Source: Balanoglossus misakiensis (Eukaryota > Animalia > Hemichordata). Taken from it: a DNA stretch of 64,000 nt. Positions within the stretch are counted from its first letter, which is position 1. Every line of letters begins with the position of its first letter. The stretch lies in assembly GCA_040954595.2 (NCBI GenBank), contig CM082595.2, positions 5,110,137-5,174,136 of the forward strand. The letters run 5' to 3'. The notes below the pieces were generated by a model. That model was not told the DNA's origin and ran no database searches. It saw only the letters and a list, made by a program, of their open reading frames with translations. Below are positions 29,401 through 39,428 of this stretch, piece after piece. The position numbers and the translations under genes were made by a program.

Positions 29401-32400
29401 AGATGGCCGCCCCAAGTGACAGAACAGTGAATTACTACTACTAGTTCACTAAAGTAAACAAACACGAGAGAGAGAAAAAAGCATTCTTGGCTGCTTGCTA
29501 CATATCAATGACTCCCCGCGTAGCAACCAGCATGGATTTTAAAAAAGGACTTTCAGTAGATCATCATGGAAACTTAACCATGGCTCTGAATGCTTGCCTG
29601 CATCCGGCAGAGAAAGCTACTCCAAGTTATAAAATCATAAAAAAATAGCGTTTGGCGGACGGTGTAAGTGGGCGGTAAGGTGAAGGGCAAACAGAGGAAT
29701 TATTGATGATATTTTGTAAGACTTTGGACGGTGACTTCTTGTTGGGACACGCCACTGATGTTGTGATAAGAGATCTGAGGTGATGGATTGAGCGGCCCTT
29801 ATAGATAGCTTCCAAAAAGAAGAACTTAGAAGGGAACGTGAGGGAAGCTCCTTAAAGCTGTCGCAGGTCGCTGGATCAGAAAAGATATGAAAGTTGAGCA
29901 GATGTTTGTCGAGTGGCCCACTGATTATGTTATCGAAGGCAGAGATCGGTCAGAGAGATGACAAAGACCAAAAGGGCCGTTTAGTAAGCCACCTGTCTTC
30001 CAGGTTTCGGTGGAAAGTTTGAATTCCGTGATTTTGATTCCAACTCTCCCAGTCAGGCTTTCTTTGTTGAGCTGAACAAAACTGATCATGTCATCAGTTT
30101 TGGGGAAAACATTTAAACTCCCTGGTTCCAGTGAAACCGTCATTTTCTTCTCATGAATGACACGTCGCCGTGGCTACCAAGTTTTGTGATTTTCAACCGT
30201 ATTTCTGACCAGAAATGATCCTGTATGAGATAAAACTGAAATGTCTGTGTGTATATTCTAGCTCACAATACATTTATAAGCTGAGGGATGTTGGCTTGAA
30301 GTTAAAAGATAAAGGGACGACTCGAACAAGGTACAAAGTGGCAACACAACTAATAGCGTTGTTTGGTGTATGTGAGGACATCTTAAAAATACCAGCGCAA
30401 TAAAGGTGACAGATTTCAATTGACTTGATCAATGAGCTCAATAAAAAAAACAGCACACTACCCAAGAAACCATCTCCAATCTTGAGAAATCACTCTGATG
30501 CATGTCCAGTTGTTAGAATGAATTGTTATTAGGATAGATCAAACACTCAACGCTAGAAAGATTTTTTTTTACGGCTTTTAGTCAGACAAAGAGAATGTCT
30601 CTACGTTATGATTCATTAGATTTTACTAGTGTTGTCAAATGTCAACGGGGAGAAAATTTATTTTAGCCAAATTGAGCGATAAAAAGAAAGCGTTAAATCT
30701 TCAATTGCGGGTCCCCTGACGACGGGTGCCATGTATTTACAGCACGGTGCAGGCGTCGACGTCATGAAATATCACAGATCTTAATAGAGAGTGCGATCGT
30801 CTTTAATTCACCGAAGTCGGCGCGCGCGCTCGGCGATGGAGCGTTTGACAAACGGGCGCTGGGAGCCTGGTAATTTGACTATCTTTTCATCAATAATTTC
30901 TGCCATAATGACACTTTTGTGGCGATGAATAACGGCTGTTGTCAGGAACTATGATGGCCCTATTTCGGTATTTATGACGCCGATTTATTATTCCAGCGGT
31001 GAGCATCCCTCCCCTCTGAAAACAGCTGCCGGGCGCAAGCCGACTCACCTCTGCTCCGAGATTTTTCGCTTAATAAACCACGGTATGACAGATTTGAGAT
31101 ATGATGCCCCACCGTTCCCAGTGAAAGCACTCGACGAGATCAATTTTTTTTTCATTTTGACTTAAGGGGTTTTTCGTATCTATCATATAACATGTATTAA
31201 TATCGCCACTTATAGCCCATAGGGATGGCGACTGAAAAGCCTTCACAGCAATAACGTTTCATCATCATAGCTCGTATTAAAAAGGATATTCATAACTACA
31301 GATGCAAGATATTACCCCCTTTTTACCCTAGCAACTCATCACCATCAATTTTGATATATTCCAATGTCAGCTCTTAATTGCTCTTCCATCCTTGGCGGTG
31401 CACCCCACTGCTGCGCTCGGCTGTTCCGAGAAGAAAGCACACGCCCTGGCAGTACAACTTTCTGTTCCTTTTTTTTCAAACTCCCTGTGTTATTTTTCTA
31501 ATTTCGGAGCAAATGTAAACAGTGAGTGTTTTACGGTTGCTATGACAAACTGGTGTCAAATTAATGGTGTGATGAGTGCCTTTAAAATCAAATAAAAATG
31601 AAAAGCCAATTTTGGTTAATTTTCTTTCATTCTGCTCCACTTGCGTCCACTTCATTGAGCACTTTGTGGCCACATCGCAGAACGGAAAATTTTCATTTTA
31701 GCAAACTGTCACACGGGCCTAATCACCAGACAAAAAGCATGAATTTTCAAATTTTTGTTGACAAGTATCAGGAGATGAAAAAAAGGCTGCAATCATCCGT
31801 GTACAATTACAATAAACAGGTCTTCCTATTGCAGATGGAGAACCCCACGATTACTCTATATCGAATCTTCATTAAGTGTATTCACAGCTAGATAATTTCC
31901 TGGTGAATTGTAAACATTCTGATTTTCTTCCTATCCATTTTCACTAATTTACCCCCAACTTTTTAGAGCAATTTTCCAAGTTCAGTCCGGTCATCGTCGG
32001 AACGTTTTGTAGTTTTCACGTACTTGTTAATTTTGTGTGATTTTTTTTTTTGGAGAGTGAAATCAAATATGTCAAAGACTTGGCACCAGTACACTTGTTG
32101 AATTTACTGGAAAATACTGTTACTGCAATTGCTATGAGGAACAAGCATAGCCTTGTGTGTGGATCCACATAGGGGGCGCTGTCACGGATTCATGTGATTA
32201 AACAAGAGAGAGACGTGAGGATTGGCTTCTGCTTTTGTTGAGAGAGACAAAAAAAGAGGCAAATTAGCATACCGCAGGTGGAACTTAAACAAGTTAAGCC
32301 GTGGACGTGTTTGCGCCCACTGATGTAAAGATGAACTTTTATTTGATGTTTTTAAACGAGTGATAGTGTCTCCCCTTCACCAAACATAACCTAATGGAGG

Positions 32401-33228
32401 GCGTGTTTCTTACTGTTTTCACACCCTGCTAAGTAGATGTGCTGTTATCAAACAAAGCGAAGAGGGACCACCCTTGTGGCGAGGGTAGTGAAATCCCTTC
32501 ACTGAAGATTTCAGTCGGGGATGAGGAGTATAAATGATTGTCTTTTAATTAATGCGAGTGATTTTGACTTTCACCCAAATGCTGATCAACTTGACGGTGT
32601 TTTTTTTTCTGTGAAGCTGCTGCTGTGGCAAGCTTGTTGGGTTTCCTTTCAACGCTGGCCGTGAAGTGCTTAATTAATAACTCCCTCTGGTGTTCGGCTG
32701 GTGGCGTCATTGCGCTGTCAAAATACCAGCCGTGTCATCCATCCCCTCTGTGTTCCTAGACCCCTGCACCTGTGTACCCCTGAGTGGGTTAAAAAAAAAT
32801 TATATCCCATGGAGACTTGTCCCGACATCCTAGGCATTTGCGCAACATTTACCACTCCCAGCTCTTTTGAAATCTTTTGTTGCATTTGTCCGCCTTTTTC
32901 TCCCAGCTGTGCTTGTCTCTTCAACCAGTGAAAAGTCTGAAATTTTTTCCCTAGATCGGAAATTATTCCCAAGTCCGCGAGGGATCGAATGATTTTTTTT
33001 ATCGAGAAAATATTTTTCTCAAGAAAAAGTCTTCTTTTTTGACATATAAGTGAAACGATTTGAAGTCGGGTACAAGTGGGCATTCTTAAACACTTACAGT
33101 GGGTCAATATTGATTTAGAAGTGCATAGGTTGCTATTGTGTTGTGCTTAGTACCAGCATCCCCTTTGTCGTGGAAACATCGCAGATTCACACAGAGAGCC
33201 CTCTCTTTTTGATTTTCCAAAGAGAGAG

Positions 33229-33270
33229 ATGGAAGTCGAGACAATGGTGTGTTTACACAGACTGGACCCA
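33229..33270 (+). CDS. Candidate alternative first coding exon of PRDM3/16 (MEVETMVCLHRLDP), in frame with the 34083 exon
   Basis: gagATGG strong Kozak context, 14 codons, then cca|gtaaga phase-0 donor matching the phase-0 acceptor at 34083. No homology support. Confidence 0.3.
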
Positions 33271-33604
33271 GTAAGAAAACATCCCTATTTTAAACGAACT
33301 GATGGTGTATTTGTTTACAAACAGACAAACAAACACACAGCAAACATTCGGGGCTGTCCTTTCTTGTTGGGAGGGGCCTCATTGAAATTTCGGTCCATGT
33401 CCCTTTTTTTTTTCGTCTCGGGGCATCTGCCGTTCATTTCACACTCGGCACACACAGAGTTCGCATCGTGTCAGACGCAGCTTTTCAAGCCTGTTCGTAG
33501 GTCGCAAGAGGTCTGATCGCGTCTGAGATAAGATTTTTCTGCCAGGGGCTGCAGTCATGTGAGGCTCACCAGATTCTTTTTTTCAGAATTCCGTTCCATC
33601 TTAC

Positions 33605-34109
33605 ATGAAGATAACTTTTTCATCAGAGTCACTCATTTAAAAAACACTAAAGCATATTTCTCTCTAGTTTTTGGTAAAATTATTGAATTTTTTTCTGGAC
33701 AGACTACATAATTTGGTCCCATGACTTAACAGATTTTTAAAATCTTCGACAGATTGTGGATGAATACGGAAAAATGAAGCTTGTTTTTGATCAGAGTCAC
33801 TTATTTAGAAAACACTAAATATGCTCTCTAGTTTTTGGTAAAATCATAGACAATTTTTTGTGGACAGACTACATAATTTGGTCCCATGACTTAACAGATT
33901 TTTTTATTTCTTCGACAGATTGTGGATGAATACGGAAAGGTGAAGCTTGTTTTTGATCAGAGTCACTCATTTAAAAAACACTAAATATGCTCTCCAGTTT
34001 TTGGTAAAATTATAGAAAATTTTTCTGGACAGACTACAATATTTGGTCGCATGACTTAACAGATTTTTTTATCGTTCGACAGATTGTGGATGAATACGGA
34101 AAGGTGAAG
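33605..34109 (+). repeat. Three tandem ~165-bp copies spanning the 3' splice site and first ~27 nt of the PR-domain exon
   Basis: ttcgacAG|attgtggatgaatacggaaa recurs with exon-like starts at 33753, 33919 and 34083 (periods 166 and 164 bp). Confidence 0.93.
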
Positions 34110-34217
34110 TGTTGGATCGACGCAAGCGAGCCTGGAACTGGAAACTGGATGAAGTATGTGCGAAGTGCACCGGTATTAGACGAACAAAATATGATTGCAG
34201 TACAGATCAACGAACAG
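34083..34217 (+). CDS. PRDM16: PRDM16/MECOM orthologue, PR/SET-domain exon (IVDEYGKVKCWIDASEPGTGNWMKYVRSAPVLDEQNMIAVQINEQ)
   Basis: cag|att...cag|gtgagt, 135 nt, phase 0-0; aligns with MECOM ILDEFYNVKFCIDASQPDVGSWLKYIR...QINDQ. Confidence 0.95.
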
Positions 34218-35427
34218 GTGAGTAAAACTGATCATTTTCCGTAAAAAAATTACAAAAAATCAGCAGTTTCAGTGAAGATGTGCAGAAATTGGCCAAATAT
34301 AGCACTGATAATAATAGGTGAATTCAAATTCATGGGCCTCCAAAGATTTTCAAGTTCAGATTCGTTATACTGATCGAAAGACTTAAAAACAAGTAATCCA
34401 TCAAAATTTGTTATTAACGATTTTGACATTGAAGCCATGGGAACAGCCCCAAGCCAAGGCAAATGACAATAGTTTTGTCGAGAGATGTCCATATTTGTAT
34501 TTTCAGCTAGCTTGCCCATGTGCAGTTTACTTTATACACATACTAGTTTAGCGCAATTTTTTTCTCTATTTTCCTCCCTGTTTTGAACACTATTTATACA
34601 CAAGTGTAGTCAGGAATGATGGGTGTTTTTTTAACGAAGACAGTTCTTTCCTTCCAAAGAAAACATTTGAGGGCTGAACTCAAGAGTGTTATAAATGTAC
34701 CACCTGTATGTGAAAGGGTTTTTATTTAAGTGTCTAATTATCAGGTGGAAATAGTGTGGTTGCTATTTTTACTGAGCTGGGGATGAAAGGAAAACAAAAA
34801 CAAGCACGCTGACCTTGTATTCACAGGGCCCTTTATGACCGTCTTATGTTGATGCTCTTTTGTTCCCCCTCGCACGGAGACAATCGCCCTTTCAGGGGGG
34901 AGTTCCACAAAGGAGGGAAACACTGTCTCAGGACACCCCCAACAATCATCTCATTTATGAAGAAAGCTTAACCCCCCCCCCCCCTGCTTAAAAATTCAAA
35001 GGGAGAATTACTGGAGTTAATCCAGGTTTTTTTTTATTCAGACCTAATCATCTCGTATGCGCGCATTTAAGAATACGTCTACCACAGGTGATTATGTGGG
35101 CGTACTGTTGGCTACGTGGTTTAAACGTTGTTTGGCGACACTGTCAAAAGAAATGTTCAAATGATTACAATGAAAAAGAAAAAGAAACACACAAGAAGAA
35201 TGTTCGCGCATTGTAACCTGTTTCATTGTAAGCTGATTTGGCCTAATAAGGTCACCTTTCCACCGAAAGGTCAAAGGTTGCTGTGTTGTTTATCCTTTGG
35301 CACGGACACAGTAACGCTTTGTGAGAGAGTGTCATTACGTTGTTGCGGGGAAAAACAAAAGTAAGGACTTTTTCCAGCACTAGAGGTCTCCCTTACTGAG
35401 AACTTTATCTTCTGTCTTTCTGTACAG

Positions 35428-35530
35428 GTGCATTACAAAGTTATTAAACCCATACAGCCTGGAGAAGAACTTATGGTTCTGAAGGATGCCGCTTTTCCCG
35501 ACCAGGATCTCATGCCATTACAAATGATAG
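35428..35530 (+). CDS. PRDM16: PRDM16/MECOM orthologue, end of PR domain (VHYKVIKPIQPGEELMVLKDAAFPDQDLMPLQMI)
   Basis: tgtacag|gtg...atag|gtaaga, 103 nt, phase 0-1; matches PRDM16 IYYKVIKDIEPGEELL. Confidence 0.95.
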
Positions 35531-36051
35531 GTAAGACGGAATTTAAGTATGGAATATTTTCCATGGAAAAGCACTCATCTGCATCTTCAGTAAAAGCTCC
35601 ATGAAAAAGTATCATGGTATGCGTCATCAAGAGATGAAAAACTGATTCAAATACGAGAAATTAGACGTAATGGTGATGATTTTAAAGGATGGGGAGATGT
35701 ATTTTATAATTATTGTGGAAAAAATGTGAAATTTGGCAGCTCTTGGGGCTTTAACCCTCAAACAACAAACTTATACTTATTGCTATGGTAACACTAGACA
35801 ATTCAGCTCTATAAGGGTTAACTTCTCCATGACAACCCATTCACCAAAGCTGACTTATTTGTACCAGTTCATTTGTCAACATATTGTAAAAAATACTATG
35901 CAAGAGTGGAAGAAAATCGGACTATCTCTGAGCAATGAAAGTTGTTTCACAGCCCATGGAGTGTTAGACTCGAAGCACTTTTTTTTAGCCATGAACTGAA
36001 AAAATGATCTTCTGAAATCATTTGTGATGTTCTCATTGTTTGTTGCTGCAG

Positions 36052-36183
36052 AGGAGAAGCGATTTTCGTGCGGTGAATGCGACGAACTCTTCCGCTCCAA
36101 AGTGGCCCTCCGAAGACACCAGAAGTACGCTTGCAACAACAGTAACGCCATATTCAGCACAATCAACGAAGAATTTAAGCAAG
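36052..36183 (+). CDS. PRDM16: PRDM16/MECOM orthologue, zinc finger 1 exon (EEKRFSCGECDELFRSKVALRRHQKYAC)
   Basis: ctgcag|ag...caag|gtaggc, 132 nt, phase 1-1; matches PRDM16 FRCDECDELFQSKLDLRRHKKYTC. Confidence 0.95.
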
Positions 36184-36561
36184 GTAGGCAGAAGAAAAAC
36201 AACCCTGTTTTGCAAATGGAATAATCCAGTGTAAAGTGTATCATTGTCTGGGAATGTGACTGATCAGAGGGGTCGATAAGTTTCGAGCTTTATCGATTGA
36301 AAAATAAAATGATATATTATTTTGTGACAAAGTTTACTTTATAGAACAGTTTTCTGGCCAATTTTATTCACTGACAGAGTCAAATAATTTTGTCAATCCA
36401 GTGGTTTTCAGTGTTGTGACACAAATGTGGAAACAAATCTAGTATGTACATGTTACTTTCATTCTGTTTGACCAGATTAGGTTAATGCGTGTTTCAACAT
36501 TTGCAACTTTTACCCAACTGGTCTCTGCACTTTTGACAAAATTGGATTTTTTTTTTGACAG

Positions 36562-39428
36562 CCAAAGAAGCTGAGGTTGCCATGTTCAGCGACATGCGAA
36601 GCACAGACGAAGACGACGAACGAGAGAGCATGTCGGGCGAGCGCGAGTACAAATGCGACACCTGCCCGAAGTCCTTCAACTGGAAGTCGAACCTGACCCG
36701 GCACCAGGTGACGCACGACGCCGACAAGCGCTTCAGCTGCGAGAACTGCGACAAGGTGTTCACCGACCCCAGCAACCTGCAGCGGCACATCCGCACCCAG
36801 CACGTGGGCGCCCGCTGCCACGCCTGCCCCGAGTGCGGCAAGACCTTCGCCACCTCCTCGGGGCTCAAGCAGCACACGCACATCCACAGCAGCGTCAAGC
36901 CCTTCACCTGCGAGGTCTGCTACAAGTCCTACACCCAGTTCTCCAACCTGTGCCGCCACAAGCGCATGCACGCCGACTGCCGCACCCAGATTAAGTGCTC
37001 CGGCTGCAACCAGGTCTTCTCCACGGTCACCTCGCTCAACAAGCACCGCCGCTTCTGCCACGGCCACCAGTTCCTCAACGGTCAGCTGGGCGTGGCCATC
37101 CCGCTGCAGCCGCACATACGCCCCAACCGGGGGCTCATGCCGGGCCTCGACAAGGGCATGCCCAGCCCCGTCTCGCCGCTCGCTCCGACCATCCGCGGTT
37201 CCCCCGCCCACTTCAGCCAGTTGATGCGGATGATGCCAACCCACCAACAGGCCTTGCTGCACAGCCAACTACTGGCGCACAACAAGCGGCAGTTCCCCGT
37301 GAGCCCGAACCACACAGACGACGAATCGACCCTACACAGTCCCGGAAGCGATTCCGTGTCTGCGAGCTCCGAAAAATACAACTCCGACGAGTGGCTGAAA
37401 CACTACACGGCGACCAAAGAGCAGCTGCAACAGAGAAGCCCTCCCATGCCGAACAGCAGAGAGGCCGAGGATCGCGACAACGAATCGGACCAGAAGTCAA
37501 AGGTCAAAGTCGAGGTCAAGGAGGAGGTCAAAAGCCGGGAGGGGAGCGAGGACTCTGAGGGGAGCGACCTGTCAAATGTCAGCACCCCCTCTGGGAGCGA
37601 TCTGGAGAGCACATCAGGAAGCGATCTGGACAGCGAGAGCGACGCGGACAAAGAGGTCAAGGTCAAACAGAAGCACGGTAGTCCCAAGAAAAGCGAGGCG
37701 ACGAAAGACAGCAAGGAGAAGAAGGAAAGCAAAGAGGAGGAAAAAACTGCCGAGAATGGAACGGCCGCGTCGCCGAAGGAGCCGGACAACAGCATCAAAG
37801 CGATGGCCTCCATCGCCGAGAAGTATTTCGGCTCGACCGGCGCCATCGGGGCCAACGCCATGTTGCCGTTGGACGCGCACGGTTACAGCTTCCACTACCA
37901 CCACCCGTTTCCCCTGAAGGTCGACAAGCCGTACACCATGGCCGAGTATCATCGGAAGATCGCCGACCACATCGCCGAGAGGCAGGACCACCCCTTCGAC
38001 CTGTCCCGCAAACAGTCGCCGGTCTCGCCGCCCGAGGTCGCCGGCCGCGCCACCGACGAGCCGCTGGACCTCAGCGTGCCGACTAAGAAGAAGGAGACTC
38101 CCGAGAAGGAAGCGACGGCGAAGAAAACTCACATATACGGTCAGGTCCCCAAGATGCCCTGGGGCCCGCACCCTGAACGGTTCATCAGTTTCTACCCTCG
38201 ACCACCGCCGCCCATGGATCCCATCTACAGAGTGGAGAAGCGCAAGTTCAATCCGCAAGATTTCCCGATTCCATCCAAGTACATGCGTATGGACTATCCG
38301 TACCTGCCCCCGCCGCAGTTCGCTCCCATCCGCAAGTTCGAGCACTACCGCGGGATGCCGGAGATGCCCCCGGGGCTGGTGAAGTTCGGCAGCAGCCCGC
38401 CGACGCAGAACATGAAGAGCCTCATGTTCGAGCATAGCATCGACCGCTCCAAGGGGAAGGACCGCTACACCTGCAAGTTCTGCGGCAAGATCTTCCCGCG
38501 CTCGGCCAACCTGACGCGCCACCTGCGCACGCACACCGGGGAGCAGCCCTACAGCTGCAAGTACTGCGACCGCTCCTTCAGCATCTCCTCCAACCTGCAG
38601 CGGCACGTGCGCAACATCCACAACAAGGAGAAACCCTTCAAGTGCCCCATGTGCGACCGCTGCTTCGGCCAGCAGACCAACCTCGACCGGCATCTGAAGA
38701 AGCACGAGAACGAGAAGCAGGAGCTGCTCGCGGCGCAAGACTTGAACAATAAAGACGAGTCGTACTTCGAGCAGATTCATAACTTTATCGGCGAGGTGAA
38801 CAAGTCGGAGAATAAAATCGCAAGTCTGAAACCGACGGGGAATTTCGATTCGAATTTCTCGATCACCGATCAGGTGAGCAAGAGTCACAAAAGGGATAAG
38901 GACGATGACGGTGATGATGAAGATGAGGAGGAAGACAATAATGTGAAACCGGATGGGAACGGCATCGCTGAGGTTACCAATGATGAGGACATAGATATGG
39001 ATGAAGATGCAGAGTTACCACGGAAACTGCCAATAGAGGATCGAGCAGGAGCAGGCCTTCAGCAATTGAACGGCCATGCTGAAAACAGCGACAGTGAGGC
39101 TGACGAGAAATTTGAAGACGAGGACGAGGAGATTCCGTCTCCCGGCAACAAGCTCACCAACGGTAACGCTGGGCTGAAATTCCCCGAGGAAAATGGAGGT
39201 ACTGAGTTTAGCCCCGTTTTGCTGAGACCACAAAAGAGTATGCAAGATGTCGATCTCCATCCCCAAGATTTCTACAACAGCACCACAGCCATTAATAACT
39301 ATTCCGACGCCGAGAACGACCCACAGCACCTTAACATGAAGCGACGCTCTAAACTTCAGGCATACTCGCTAATGATGTCACTGTCGGACGAGGATGAGGT
39401 GGTTGCCCGGGCCAACAAACGGCATTAG
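36562..39428 (+). CDS. PRDM16: PRDM16/MECOM orthologue, giant terminal coding exon: five N-terminal zinc fingers, CtBP-binding PFDLS/PLDLS, three C-terminal fingers, acidic tail
   Basis: tttgacag|cc phase-1 acceptor in frame with the 957-aa ORF. Diagnostic motifs: [58 protein letters not shown] (37992-38006), PLDLS (38061-38075), [36 protein letters not shown]. Stop TAG 39426-39428. Confidence 0.98.

Larger units (their letters stand above)
1..34082 (+). other. Large non-coding region, probably the long intron upstream of the PR-domain exon of PRDM3/16 (exons 1-2 outside the window)
   Basis: No credible ORF. The 34083 exon starts mid-PR-domain at a phase-0 acceptor, and the N-terminal half of the PR domain (GLGIW...FGPY...YGWE-like) is not seen in the ORF track. 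MECOM/PRDM16 have very large 5' introns. Confidence 0.7.

Noticed and set aside
1-33200. Many 60-150-aa ORFs; searched for the N-terminal PR-domain exon
   Set aside because: None shows PR-domain or other known motifs; consistent with random ORFs in intronic DNA.
36494-38888. Long antisense and alternate-frame ORFs (424, 252, 187, 152 aa) overlapping the big exon
   Set aside because: Expected by-product of extreme GC3 bias, which depletes stops in other frames; no recognisable domains.
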